This document shows positions 43,975 to 58,061 of a DNA stretch of 64,000 bases, in pieces. The DNA lies in assembly GCA_012295275.1 (NCBI GenBank), contig CM022665.1, forward strand, positions 29,140,001 to 29,204,000, in the 5' to 3' direction. The notes under the pieces were generated by a model. It ran no database searches. It was not told the origin of the DNA and worked only from the letters and a program-made list of their open reading frames with translations. The position numbers and the translations under genes are program-made. Position 1 is the stretch's first letter. Each line of letters begins with the position of its first letter. This DNA comes from Chrysomallon squamiferum. Lineage: Eukaryota; Animalia; Mollusca.

Positions 43975-44805
43975 TTTATTATTTTTATTGTATTTATTAT
44001 ATTTATTATTATTATTATTATTATCATTATATATTTATTATATATATATATTTTTTTTTTTTACTTATTATTATCGTTGTTGTTCTTGTTGTTTATATTG
44101 TTCTATATTACTGGTAATAAAAATGGTTATTTCATCATCATCAATTTTTTCTTCTTCTTACTAGTACTTATAATAATATTTTTTAGCACTGTTATCAGAT
44201 CTGATGGTTTAACAGTAAAGGGACAGACATTTTAAAAAGCGAACCAGACAATGGACTCAGTATTAATTGTAGACGTAGAAGGAATAAATGAAAGTATTAT
44301 TTTAGTAGAGATGCCGTGAATCTGTATAAAACTATGATTAACATCATACAGATTTCTCCATGTTAATCATTTCTGCGTATGGATGTTTGTACTTCACTCT
44401 CTTGCTTTCAGAGAAAATTAATAATACATGGTGGAAATCTTACATTTTTATGCACAATCTACGACAAATCAGCAATGAAAGACAATGGTTTATTACGTTA
44501 ATTATGTAACAGCCTTTGAATTCTATTAGAAAATACATAATTTGTTAAAAGCACCCCGACGTCGTTATAATTATACACAAATTTTAATTTTGTTCGTATA
44601 TTTGAAATAACAATCAAAATACAATTATAATATAAACGGCCACAAAAAAAAAGAGAGACATATTTCATTGTAAAATACCGATCAGATTTTCAAGTTGTAC
44701 AAAATATCTTTGTGTTTCAGTAAGGAACATTTAGTATTTTTAATTTAATTACAGTATATTTAATATAAATATAACTGTAACAACATCCCAAACGTTCAGA
44801 GTCAG

Positions 44806-47767
44806 CTACTTGCAGATGTAATGAACAGCACTAGAACTTCTTTCACTGACGACCGCCTTAACGTCTGTAAAGCCGGAATCTTTCATCAGTTGTTTAACTG
44901 TCTCCACATTCCAGCACGGCCCATACGCCTCTACGTCTTCTCCTCGGTAACCTTCTGGAAGACAGAAAAACGTGCTGAGTGTGTACATCTTCGCCCACAA
45001 CGTGCTGCCAATGTGATCCGTCAGCGTTCCTTGCATCCCGAAATCAAGAAAGCTGGCAGTTCCGTTTTCCTTCAGAGCTTTCTTAACGCACCGCATTGCT
45101 TTGGCTGGGTATGGTAAATCGTGTATCGTATCACGCAGGAAAATCCAGTCATATCTGTTGCTGAACGAGTCTGGTAGCTCCATCACGTCGTGATTCTCAA
45201 ATGTAACGTTCGTCAGTTTTCTTTCTGACGCGGTTTTGCGAGCTTTCTCCAAACACATGTCCGAGATGTCACAGCCAAGAAATGTCGTCTTAGGAAACCG
45301 TTGAGCAAGATTCAAAAGTATCGTGGCTTGTGCACATCCGAATTCAGCAACTTCTGTACCTTCTTCTGAATTAGAAAAATACCATATTAATGAAATACAG
45401 TATTAATATCTTATGAAAAGTTTTGCATATTTGTAATTATACTGATAATAAATTTGAGATAAAATAATACAGTAATACCCGGTAAGGCATTTTTAAATCA
45501 TTACATCCGGTCAAATGTTAGATTACGTTACATTTTTTTTTTTTTTTTTTTTAATCGGTTTATAACATAGTATGGGATATGACTGTATTAACATTTTGCT
45601 AACTGTCATTATCGGAATACTTTAATTTTATTTAAGTATATACAATTTGCTGTTTTCTTAATGTTGATTGTAATATTAAATATAATATTAATAAACATAA
45701 TAATGATGATAATAATAATAATAATAAAACAATAATAAAGATGATGATGATGACGTTGATAAAGTAACAGAAGAAATATAAATACAATTTTGTTGTTTTG
45801 TTTTGTTTTTCATTTTTTTTTTTTTTTTTGGGGTTTTTTCAGTGAGATATATTACGTATATAAGTATAATTGTACCTAGCTGTTTCTTTATTTCAGGCAA
45901 ACAAGGGAGAATGTCATCATCGATGATGGAATCTTGTGTTATAGTTCTTCTTTCCTCAATGGCAGCATATGCAGGTTCGTCGTAGTGAATACCTACGAAA
46001 ACGAAACACAGTGATGAATCAGTTTTGTAAAATAACTAGTGAACACTCGTACCTGGAATACTTTCCTTCTTATTATTTTAAGAAAAAATATACTTTCTTA
46101 CGTCAAGACTGGTAGAATATTAACTGAGGCAGGTAACTAATGACACAGTCACCTTTGTGCCCGGAACTGCAGCTACGTCAACATCTGAGGTTGAATTTCC
46201 ATGGTCCAATAATACTACCAGTTAACTGAACAGATATCAATGTTTATTTAACTCAGCTCTCAGGTCGGTGTTGAAATAATTATTTACATGAATGCTATAG
46301 TGTCAGCAAAATTTTCTAGAAATATCTGTTCCTAACCAGCTGTGATATTCACACTGTGACAAAAGGTCAGTTGAATTGTTCCAGGTTTTGTGTTCCTAGA
46401 AGTGTCCAGTTGATACAACCAGCTGTCCAAAATCTAACAAGAAGGAAAATATTCCTTAATCGACGGTTTGCTAACTGAATTACAAATCTATTAATTTAAC
46501 AACATTCCGTTATCACATACACCAACCAGCAAAATACACTGAGTTAAAACTGATTAGATATAGTTCACTTCCATTATTATTATCACTATTATTACCACCA
46601 TCTACCAGTAAGAGTAAATTATCTTACCATCAAGAAATAAGTACAATAATAGAAAATGCGAACATAAGACGGTTATAAATTTTTGACACCATCGTCTTCA
46701 GCGTCATCTTCATGCAATGTTAATCAAGTAAAACAAAATGAACTGACATACCTTCTGGACCATCTTTGCTAAATACATCTTTCAGTCGCTCCATCCTGTG
46801 CGACATCAGTGTAACAAGTGTTGTGTAGGTAGCCTCTTTACGAATAATATCTTTGTGACCTTTAGGAATGTGATATTTTTTAGAACTTTTGTCCACCACT
46901 ATAATCTCGGAAGCCGACAAAGCGCCCAGCAGTTCTCTCACATATCTGAAATTAATAATCTCTTGGTTGATTAAACATAGTGCTGATATTCAGAAATGTG
47001 TGTTATTTAATGTAGTAGATCATACTGTTCCATCTCAGCAAAATGGAAATGATTCTTGCCTAGACAATTCAGAGAAATATCGTGTTACGATCAGGCCAGA
47101 TGTTAAACGTTTTTGTAATATCATGAAAAGTAACATTAAAATAAATAAATAAATAGAATGGCGATAACAGAAGGCTTGTGGTAACATTACAGTGAATTAA
47201 ACTGCATGTTGAAGGACAGCTGAGACGGCGTATGATGAAACGAATCACAGCTGGTACCTACATCATTCTGACGTCTCCGCCCTAAAGCCAGAAGGCACAA
47301 CGAATAAAGATAATATTAATTTTAGACAATACAGAAATAAATGAAATATGTTTCTGCATTCGTTTTAAAACAGAAATGTTACAGTTTTATTCACAGTACC
47401 ATTAATTAGTTTGGGATATACTATAATGATTCTCTTCATAGATATATTGTTAAGAAAGACCAGTACCGAAAGACCAGTGCTTTCTGTGAACAAGAGATGA
47501 ATGATCTGATGCTGAATATTTAACAACAGATAGCATTAATCCCCCCAACCAAAAAAAAATAAATCATTAAATCAAATAAGTATAAAATAAATAATAGTGA
47601 TACCTTTCTTTAAGATTTCCTTGCTCAGCTATTTCAGTGGAAGTAAGTGGGTGTTCGGCAGACAGCAAGATCTTTATAATTCCCACGTTTTTGGCAAGCT
47701 GGAAGGACATCTGAACACAAGCTGCAGAGAAACAGTCCGCTAGCTTCTTCTCATAAGCTGTGTCCAT
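44806..47767 (-). CDS. SAM-dependent methyltransferase, Rv2258c-like, paralog 2, ~344 aa
   Basis: Exons 47767-47604, 46945-46752, 45992-45876 and 45365-44806; GT-AG introns with the same phases as paralog 1. Motifs [28 protein letters not shown] and STFFCLP. Confidence 0.9.
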
Positions 47768-48412
47768 CTGTAATTAATACTTCACGCTATTACAAAATAT
47801 CTTTTCACAAATTTAATCTACCTCTAAAAACGTACTCAAAATAAGCAATGTTTTCGGTTGTTACTTCGTTTCATTCATCCATATATTTCTACTGAAGAAA
47901 TTTTCAGAATGAGTGTTTCGTGACTGGACATTAACTGAAAGAAAAACTACATTGTTTTTAAGTGCATTGTATTACAGCTTGATAAATAACTTTTTAAATA
48001 GCTGTTACGTATGCCAGACGTTATATTGCTCATAAAAGTGCAAGAAGCATGGCGTGTTTAAGACAGGCATGTCTAATGTGACACGTTAAAAAAAAAAAAA
48101 AAAAAAATACATTGACATGCGGCATCGCTGACGTCAGCGGATTCTCTGAATCTGAGCTGTAATAGATGAACATATTTATAACTATTGTCAGATGCGAATA
48201 TCTATTTTATATTTCTTTTTCTTTTTCTTTTTTTTTCGTTTTTCTTTCCTTCTTTCTTCATATCTTTCTTTATTTCTTTACTTTATTTTATTTTATTTTA
48301 TTTTATGTTGTGTTTTGTACCAGCAGCAAGCAGTAAATTGAAATATGATTACAGACAGCTGTTAAAGTTTTATTGACCAAAGTCAGCGTTAAGTTAGAAA
48401 ACAACAAAGTAC

Positions 48413-48457
<45 letters not shown>

Positions 48458-49754
48458 AACCCAGTTAATAAAGGATTTGTTTTAGAAACATTTTATTCAG
48501 ATTTATCTATTTATTTACTTACTTACTTACCTATTTATTTATTTATTTATTTATTTCTGAGACTGCTGACAGAAGTGCCGATGTTCACAAAACGTGTCTG
48601 GATCTGTCTTCATGTCTGTCGCCGGTTTTTGCCACTGTAATGTCGCGTATACAGGTAATCACGTAGGTAAGAGATTATGTATAATTACTGGCGGATTACA
48701 CATGTACTAGCAGCCGTGCACTCAGATTAGTGCACTAGTGACGTTTTTTATTTCATAATTGTGGTTTGGAATCGTTTATGACACTTACAAAAGCGTGTAC
48801 ATAATAAATGTATTGCAAGTATGTGCACACCCGTAGCATCTTTTTCTGCGTTGATGAATATACAAAACTGACAGGTGTTAAACGAACACAATTTATTTAC
48901 TGTTATTAAATTTAATATAATCTTTGTTGCAATAAATTTGTTGATTATTATTATTAATTATCATTATGATTTTCTTTTATTTATTTATTTAGTTAGTTAT
49001 TTTAAAAAATAATAATAAAATAATAAAAACTTCAATAACTTATAGAAAAACCTGACTTAAGACTTGCACATAAAATAATTTTTAAAGTCACGTAAGAGCA
49101 AAAAAAAAAAAAAAAAAAAAAGTGAAATATGATATCCCATTTTCACTTCGATATTCATCTTAAAATATTGTTAGCAGATGTTTCACTAGATCTGGCATTA
49201 ACTCAAGTGTATAATGTTTCAGACATAGACAACTTGTAGGAAAAATAATGAAAAACGTGCGATATAAGAAGAACATGGAATAAAAACAGTGAGTATAAAT
49301 TTTCTTCTAGCGCAGTTGAGCATAGTGGGAATTATATACGTTTACATACATCATGTTTTTCGTGGTCACTACATGCACACATTGTCAGACACAAAAATAG
49401 AAAGACTCTCACCTTTTTTACTGTCTGTACAGGAAGCTCATGGAAGCAAAACAAATTCTGCTCCAGTTAATGCTATAACATAATCCAGAGGCGTGTCACT
49501 TGAAGGTCATCGCATAAACCAGGATACTGCTCGAAATAAATTAAGGCACTTTGTGGTCTAGCTGAAGCAAACGTGACAACAGCTGTTAACAGAGCACACA
49601 GCAAATGTCACACAGTCGTTGATCGATAACGCTAGTACTAGACGAAGCAGAATTTGCAGAAGAAAAAAAAAATGATATCCGTGTGCACATGCTTGCAAAA
49701 TATTTATAATATTTTGTGTGTCAAAATAGCCCTGTATATATGTAGGTGCGAGTG

Positions 49755-50069
49755 CATGTGTCTGTGTGTGTATGTGAGTATGTGTGTATGTGTGTGTGTA
49801 TGTGTGTGTGTATGTATGTATGTATGCATGCATGTATCTATGCGTTTACGTATGTATGTATGTACGCATACATGTATTTATGCATGTGTGTATGTATGTA
49901 TATGTGTGTGAGTATGCATGTATGTGTGTGTGAGTATGTATGTATATATGTATGTATGCATATAATAGATGTATCTATGTATGTATGTATGCATGTAATA
50001 GATGTATCTATGTATGTAAGTATACATGTGTGTATGCATATGTTTATGTACATCTATCTGTCTATATAT

Positions 50070-50138
<69 letters not shown>

Positions 50139-50190
50139 ATGAACTAAATATATATATATACACACAAACACACACTCATACACATACATA
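49755..50190. repeat. (TG)n/(TATG)n/(GA)n compound microsatellite
   Basis: Seen directly in sequence. Confidence 0.85.
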
Positions 50191-51164
50191 TATAATATTC
50201 CCTTTTCACGCGTTATCTGTCTACAAAACAATAACTGTAAAAGAAAACATTACTATCAATTATTACAAAGATTTATTTCATAATCATTGAAACAAGGACA
50301 TAACGAATATTAATTACAATTAAAACTTGAAACTTAAGAATCGAAAGAAATGAAAAATCTCTAACAACATGTCAGGACTAATAGTTGTTAAAAGTAAAGC
50401 ACGTTCTGATTTCTGATGTCGAGACAGGACATGCTCTGCTGCTATTTTACTGGCTCCACCTTACATTCTGCTGAATGAGTTAAAACAAAGGATATCTTCT
50501 GACAATGACTGAAGCTTTCGAACCGTTACTACACAGTCCGCACGATTAAGTAAAGCTTAGTCTTAGTCTGATACAACAGCCGTCATGACTATCTTCTCAG
50601 GGCTTTTTTTTCACAATTATTTTGTTATAGGGAAAGGACACACACACGAAATCCAACAAAACCCATTAAGTATTTAATATAGTAATTCATGACACACTTA
50701 TCATCAGAATAAATGACTGCATCATCAAAGTTAAAAGCAATACGTAAACACTTAATTTTTTTCGTTTTTTAACTATTTTAAAACATAGTATAAAAAAAAG
50801 AACAAAGCAAAACAAAACAAAAATTGATAAATATATGATCATTAAAAAACAAATCATTCATACTGCAAATTCTGGTTGTTGTTTTAATGATGATAAACAA
50901 TATAACAGTAACAGGAATAATCGGTAATTAAAATTATAAAAATAGTTAGTTGAATGGGGGGTTTTTTTTTTGGACACATCACGATTAGATCATGAAAAAA
51001 ACAACAATTTTTATTATTATATACATAACAAGAATTTCTGCTTATTTAAGAATAAAAAATAAACTTTTTAAAAACCATCCTTTAAAAACATAACTAAAAA
51101 TAAAATAAAAACAGTTTAACACCATGATGCTTTTGAATGAGATAACTAACACAGATCATCAGTA

Positions 51165-53038
51165 TTATTTTTGACATATATAACTCACAGAACCTGGATT
51201 TTTCTCGCTAAAAAATTCCTTAGTAAGAGTCAACCCAGAATTATTAATTAAATCTCGAGCTTTCTCCACTCCCCAGCAAGCTCCCAGTGTGTCTGAGTTT
51301 CGCCTCTGGTAACTTTCTGGAATACAAAAGAACGTGCTGAGAGCGTACATCCTCGCCCAGAAGATGTCTCCTCTGTGGTCAGCCAACTGACCCTTCATTC
51401 CAATTTCAGCAATGCTAGCAGTTCCCTGCTTCTTCAGAGCTCGCTTGATTCCTTCCAGTGCCTTGGCTGGAATTGGCAAGTCGTGAATGGTGTCACGAAC
51501 GAAAATCCAATCAAAAGAGTCGTTTAGTTTTTGAGGAATTTCCATCAAATCCATCACCTCGAATGTGACATTCTTCAGTTTTCTTTTTGCTGCTGATTTG
51601 CGAGCTTTTTCTATACATTTCTCTGAGATGTCGCTGCCTACGAACGTTGATTTGGGATATCGTTCTGCAAGGTTCAGGATTAATATTCCCTGAGCACAGC
51701 CTAGCTCAGCAACATGAATTCCCTCTTCTGTAAAAAAAAAAAAAAATGAAAATGAATTAATATTATAAAACTAACATGTCCTAATTATGCTTGAAGGATA
51801 TATTTGAAAGAACGAATAAAGCGAGAGAATAAATCTACAAATAACACGTACTTAGCTTGTCTTTGATTTCTGGCAGTGGAGATAATATGTCGTGTTCGAG
51901 AATGGAATCTTGGGTAAGGATTCTCGTTTCACAAAGTGCGTCAAACATGGCATCGTCAAATCGCAGAACTGTAAATGGAATTTCATAACAGTTTAAAGCC
52001 GCTTTCTTAATCTTTGATTTATAATTTATTGAAAAGCAATTGAAAAATTTAATAAAATTTAAATAGGAACTGAATTAATAAAGTAGCATTTAAATAAGTA
52101 ATATTCTGACATCAATGACCCAAGTGTGAGTAAAATGTCAAGAACTTGAGTCGTTTCTAACAGATATTTATAAAATATATCACTTAAAATGACTGCAGGT
52201 TTTATTCTCAAAATTACAACTAGGACTTTCTATTTCATTTCACGTTTTAAGATAATTAAAATATCTCAGTCATCCTCAAAAAAAAAAAACATTCTTACGT
52301 AAATTCTTTAATCTTTTAAAACCCTTCTACATTACTGTTTAAAAAAAAAAAAAAAAAAAAAATTTAAAAATAAAAAAAATTTCAGCCGTAGTCTCCACAG
52401 ATATATCTATTAAGCACATTATTATTATAAATGAAATATTTGATTATTTACCATCTGGGCCCTCGTTTGAGAAAATGTTCTCCATTTCTTTCATTCTGAA
52501 ACCCATGCACTGCACAATGTTACCAAAAGCAGCTACTTTACGAAGCACGAATTTGTGCTCTTCTGGAACGTGAAATTTCTGGGAAGTCGAGTCAACCTGA
52601 ACTATTTCTGAAGCAGCCAAAGCTCCAAGAATTTCTCGCACGTATCTAAAACAAACGAGTAACTATTTCACTTTGTTTAACGCTAAATCAAGACATTTTA
52701 ATATTAACGGTTGTTGAATGTCTGTGTAATGATGGTGATATGAGAGAAAAAAAAAAAAAAAACATTTTGTGTTACAATAATCGAAACGCTTCTTTGCTTA
52801 AGTACAGGCTCGGGAACTCTCAGCTAGGGATATTAACTTCAGTATGTATTATAATATTTAGACAATTACCAATGAGTGATTATGGATTATTTTCACGTAT
52901 ATTCAGAAAAAAATTTAATGATGATGATGATGATGATGATTATACAACAATAATAATAGTTTTAGTTACAGAACAGTGAGAATGACAACAGCAGCAATAA
53001 TAAGTCAACAACAATCACACCAACAACCGCAACAAAAA

Positions 53039-53070
<32 letters not shown>

Positions 53071-53514
53071 TGATGATGATGATGATGGTGATGGTGATGA
53101 TGATGATGATTCATTTTAATTTGTTCTGTTCCAAAGACTACACCTGTTACATTCCTGTAGTCTTTGTTGCACCGATTGTCTGTGAGATAATTAATGTAGC
53201 ATGAACAATAGGCTAATTATTAATTCATCATTAAAGACAAAACAAAATCTTCTAATGACCAGCTGTGATTGTTTGGACAATAAATATGAGATTTCGCACC
53301 TGTTACTTAATCAATAAAAAAGGCGGGTTCAGAAGGGTGTATCTGATGTTCCTTTTCTGGCCGACTAAAATGTGAGTGTTTAGTTTTACTGAGATTGTTT
53401 TCTTATTTTTCTTCTTCTTTTACTTGTACATACATAGGTACAGGCAAACATACACAGACAGATATGTAGATATATACAGAAATATGAAGACAGTTTTTGT
53501 TATATATTTGTATG

Positions 53515-53575
<61 letters not shown>

Positions 53576-53642
53576 GCATACATGCACAAAGAGAGAGAAA
53601 TATATATACATACATACATATATACAACAAAAACTGTATGTG

Positions 53643-53700
<58 letters not shown>

Positions 53701-54285
53701 TACATACACAAAGAGAGAGAAATATATATACATACATACATGCATACACACAGAGAAATATACATACATGCATACACACAGAAAAATATACATACATGCA
53801 TACACACAGAGAAATATACATACATGCAAACACATAGAAATATACATACATGCATACCCACAGAGAAATATACACACATGCATACACACAGAGAAATATA
53901 CACACATGCATACACACAGAGAAATATACATACATGCATACACAGATAAATATACACACATGCATACACACACAACGCTCTGAAAAGTATATCAAGTATT
54001 GAACATGACACTGCTCTATTTTTCCTTTCTGTAACGCTTGCACCGACCCTGAATGACACTTGCACAGATTCACGGTTGACGGAGAGTACAACACGTTCAT
54101 TATTTATTCTGTTATTACCTTTCCTTAAGTTTGCCTTGTTCAGCTATTTCATTTGAGGTTAGTGGACCAGTTGCGGAGTATAATATATCAAGAATCCCAA
54201 CATCTTTAGCTAGTTGTAGAGCCATCATCACGCAGGACGCGGAGAAATAGGAAGACAGTTTCTGTTGGTAAGTAGCAGTATCCAT
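51165..54285 (-). CDS. SAM-dependent methyltransferase, Rv2258c-like, paralog 3, ~346 aa
   Basis: Exons 54285-54119 ([32 protein letters not shown]...), 52645-52452, 51968-51852 and 51727-51165. Motifs [28 protein letters not shown] and STFFCIP. Confidence 0.9.
53700..53972. repeat. 28-bp microsatellite-derived minisatellite in methyltransferase 3 intron 1
   Basis: Unit cacagagaaatatacatacatgcataca repeated next to (TA)n. Confidence 0.75.
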
Positions 54286-54599
54286 CTGTAATAAACTTTA
54301 ACGCGTTAAGAAATTTAAAAATTACGTATTTCCATTCATAGTATTTTTCTGGCTTTTCTTACGTGTATATTTTGCCATGATGAAACATCCATTCTCAACC
54401 TATTCTATGACGTCATTTTATTGTGTGTACATAAAGATACAAATTTACGTAGTACAGGCGAAATTTGACATCACTTCAGATTGGGAAAAGGATACTTCAG
54501 TAAGTTCGGCATCTCCTAAATTATATGTACAAACCTATGTAAACGATTTTGTTTCCCCCCAGTTTGATCATATTAAAAAAAATATATATATATATATAG

Positions 54600-54670
<71 letters not shown>

Positions 54671-55269
54671 AATAAATAAATAAAAAAAAAAAAAATAAAA
54701 CAAGTGTGGGAGTTAGACGTTGCGTATTGTAACTTTTTTTTACATTTGTTTCCGACCATACACATGTATTTGCTTTTCCGCGCCGTTTAGAGTTTTAATC
54801 TTGTGCGTGAAGCGTCATCTATAGCAGCGAAGCGCTTAGAGTTTTAAGTATTTAAACATAACAAAACTGTAGAACTAGGTGACGGTGTCACGATGTTTTT
54901 ATTTTGTCTATACTGTGAGTGACTTTTTCGCAAGACAAAATTGAGTTCTTCAGGGTTAATATTATTTCTTATCCTTGTTTTATTCTCAGGCAAAAAAATA
55001 TATCAATCTCACAAAATTAGTTGAATTTAAATGCCCAATACGTCCGCAAAAATAGTGACTGTAATTATATCTACTCTGTCTGCACCAGTGTGCAGATCAA
55101 TCCATGCGAAAGATGAAAATATCAACTCTCGCCAAAAAATCAAATCAAAATCATATCAAATCAAAATTAAAAAAATCTTTCATGTGGAATCAGTAATTTT
55201 ATGGAATCTGGTTCAGCTGCACCATTTTGCACTAAATGGTTCATAGTAAAACCAGCAATGGAAAATACC

Positions 55270-55333
55270 AGTGGTGCCCCCTTCCCTTGATGCCCTAAGC
55301 ACGTGCTTATTTTGCTTAATGGCTAATCCAGCC
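55270..55333. mobile_element. Terminal fragment of hAT-type MITE
   Basis: gtgcccc...tgccctaagcacgtgcttattttgcttaatggctaatccagcc resembles the right end of the 8625-8880 element (gccctaggca...aatccggc). Confidence 0.35.
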
Positions 55334-55611
55334 AATAAAATGCTTTGTGAGTAAACATAATGAAACATTTTTTAGATATGAAAGCATATCGTTTTTTTGT
55401 TGTTGTTTTTTTGAAAACATCATGGATTAAAAAAAAAAAATCTTTAATAACAGATCTATAAAATTTTAGATGGAGTGAAAAAGAAAACACATAGTCGGAG
55501 AATAAAATTAATGTGTGAATTGTGAATATCACGTTGATAGTAGTGATCACTAATGAGATCAAACTGAAAAAAAAAAAAAAAAAAAAAAAAAAAATTAAAT
55601 AAATATATAAA

Positions 55612-55642
<31 letters not shown>

Positions 55643-57265
55643 TTATAAAAATAAACATTATGCAACCCTTATATTATATTAGTTTTTAAAAAGAAAAAGA
55701 AAGAAAACAAACAAACAAAAATAATATTAAAAATTATATCAAAGTGCTAAAAATTCAGGATTTGTTTTCATATGGTTATCTGCCCTTAACAATGTCTCTA
55801 ACGTTTATCTCGTCTTATCCTTAAAACGAACACAAGCAGGTCCGAAAATGCAGTTCGACTTGGATTTTGTATTTTCTTACTGAGTTTGACACACAGATGA
55901 ACAAAACGATGAGGTCATGTTTCCGTCAAGAGTGAAATAGTGAAGTTTAAAACTGATCAGCCTATAATAAATAATTTTGTATCCTCACCTTTGTTTCAGA
56001 TGTTGCTGTTTAATAACCAGTTAAATATTACAAAGGTCAGTTATTCACGTTCGTGGCTGAGGTCAAGAATTGTTTGTTCTGTAACAGTAGACGTTTTGCA
56101 AGCTGTTTGCTGTATACTGAACAAAACTATGTACTGTGCATGTTTGTGTTTCACAGCATATGTTAGCCCGAGTATCCTCGTGGGGGGGGGGGTACAGCTC
56201 AGACGGATATTTGGATAGATATCGCTGGTTTCTCCGCGAGATATAGGTCTAACTCGTTGTTTTTTTTTTTTTTTGGCTAATCTTTGCCAACCAAAGTCTA
56301 AATCTGTAATTAAACACTAAAGAAGTAACTTTTCAGTTGAGCTAATTTTTTTCCAAGCAGTTTAGTCATTGAAATTAAACTGTTAATAGACCATTAATAA
56401 GTGTGTATATATTTATTTATGATATACTGAATAACCGTCTTTTATACAATCATTTAGACCAGTGGCTACAAAAATTGATAATGTAATACACTTCTTCACA
56501 CACAAAAAAACAACACAGCTGGTCACTACAGCAAGACTGGCTGGCGTTAAAGTTGCAGCCAACGTCTTCTGTATACAAATAACATTTTAGCTGAAGACAG
56601 TTTTAACGTGGCTGATCTCTTAGGAGATATTACGGCCTTGTCATTAATAGCACCCATTTTAATTTTGTATGAATCCCAGTGCGTCGCATTCCCTCTAAAA
56701 AAAATTACGACAACATGCACATTCTGTTAATTTTGGTACTTCGGCATCTTTGCTATGATCTGTCTCTCGTACTGTTTATTGTGCCAACCGCTCGCGTGCG
56801 TTGCGCTGCAAAGATGTCACATGTCAATCAGCTGACGTCATGATTTATGTCACTTCAACCATGTCCGAAGATTTGCAAGCTGGTGACTTATAACTGGGAT
56901 CTCGGGTTTCTTCTTGTAGCGTGTGTATGGTATATTCTTTATGGTGCCAGCGAACTCGAAAATGACCGATCTAAATGAATGTAAAGTCAAAACTATTATT
57001 AAATGAGTATACCAGCCGGAATCATTGCCAGCAGTGCGATAGCAAGATTTACACTGATTCGTTTCGTCTAATGTCACCTTGACATCGTCATATTTAAACA
57101 GGATGGATTTGTAGGTCACATTACAATAGTCTGACACGTAAACACATTACAGATTATCTAGCTCGTTCTGTTGTACACCCAGACAACGGTAACCTAACCG
57201 TTGTTCAAAACAAACTTCTAGACAGTACTGATAATTTTTTTTAAAAAGAACACTTGAAGACAGAC

Positions 57266-57365
<100 letters not shown>

Positions 57366-58061
57366 GGGAGGGAAGGCAAACCAACGGACAGGTTAAATAA
57401 TATTTGCGAGTGCTCCTATTGATATAGTTGTTACCGGTTTTAAACTGGTGTTTACACAGTAAAATTTTTAATTGTCCTACTTTATGTTTTTATGTATGCA
57501 TAATCTTTCGTTGATTTATTCATGTACAGAACTGTTATTAATGAAGCATTTATTACAAGGCACAGTAATATCAGTCTCTAATATACCTAAGTGATCAAGG
57601 TCATTTCATCTCTAGTATTATATCTCTAGCAGTCTACTTCCATTAGTATTTTTAACAACGGGCAATATTTTAGAAGGAAACTGTCAGTTTATGTGACTGG
57701 TCTGAACTGATAATACTGTTTATAAAAATCAGGATTTTCGAAAAACTGCAAAGAAGTATAAAATATTAAATTTATTGTTAATCATGTGGCCGATCAAATT
57801 TGATGTTTGCATCATATTTCGATGATTTCGATAAAGAAGCCGCGATACATCAAAATTAGTCAGTCTGGTGTTCTGTGTTTTTAAATAATAAATAAGCCTA
57901 TAGCAGCCGACAGGCGCAATTCCGCTATGTTGTAAAGTAGAGTGTTGTGGTTGTTGTGGTTCTATGTTTGTGGTGGTGTTTATTATTATTATTACTAATT
58001 TATTTTTATTTATTTACTATTTTATTTATTACAGCATAAGTTTTGTTTTGTAACGATAATT

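Noticed and set aside
56850-57137. 95-aa ORF between methyltransferases 3 and 4
   Set aside because: Non-ATG start, no recognisable motif and no convincing splice sites. It may be promoter or a decayed TE, but I cannot support a call.
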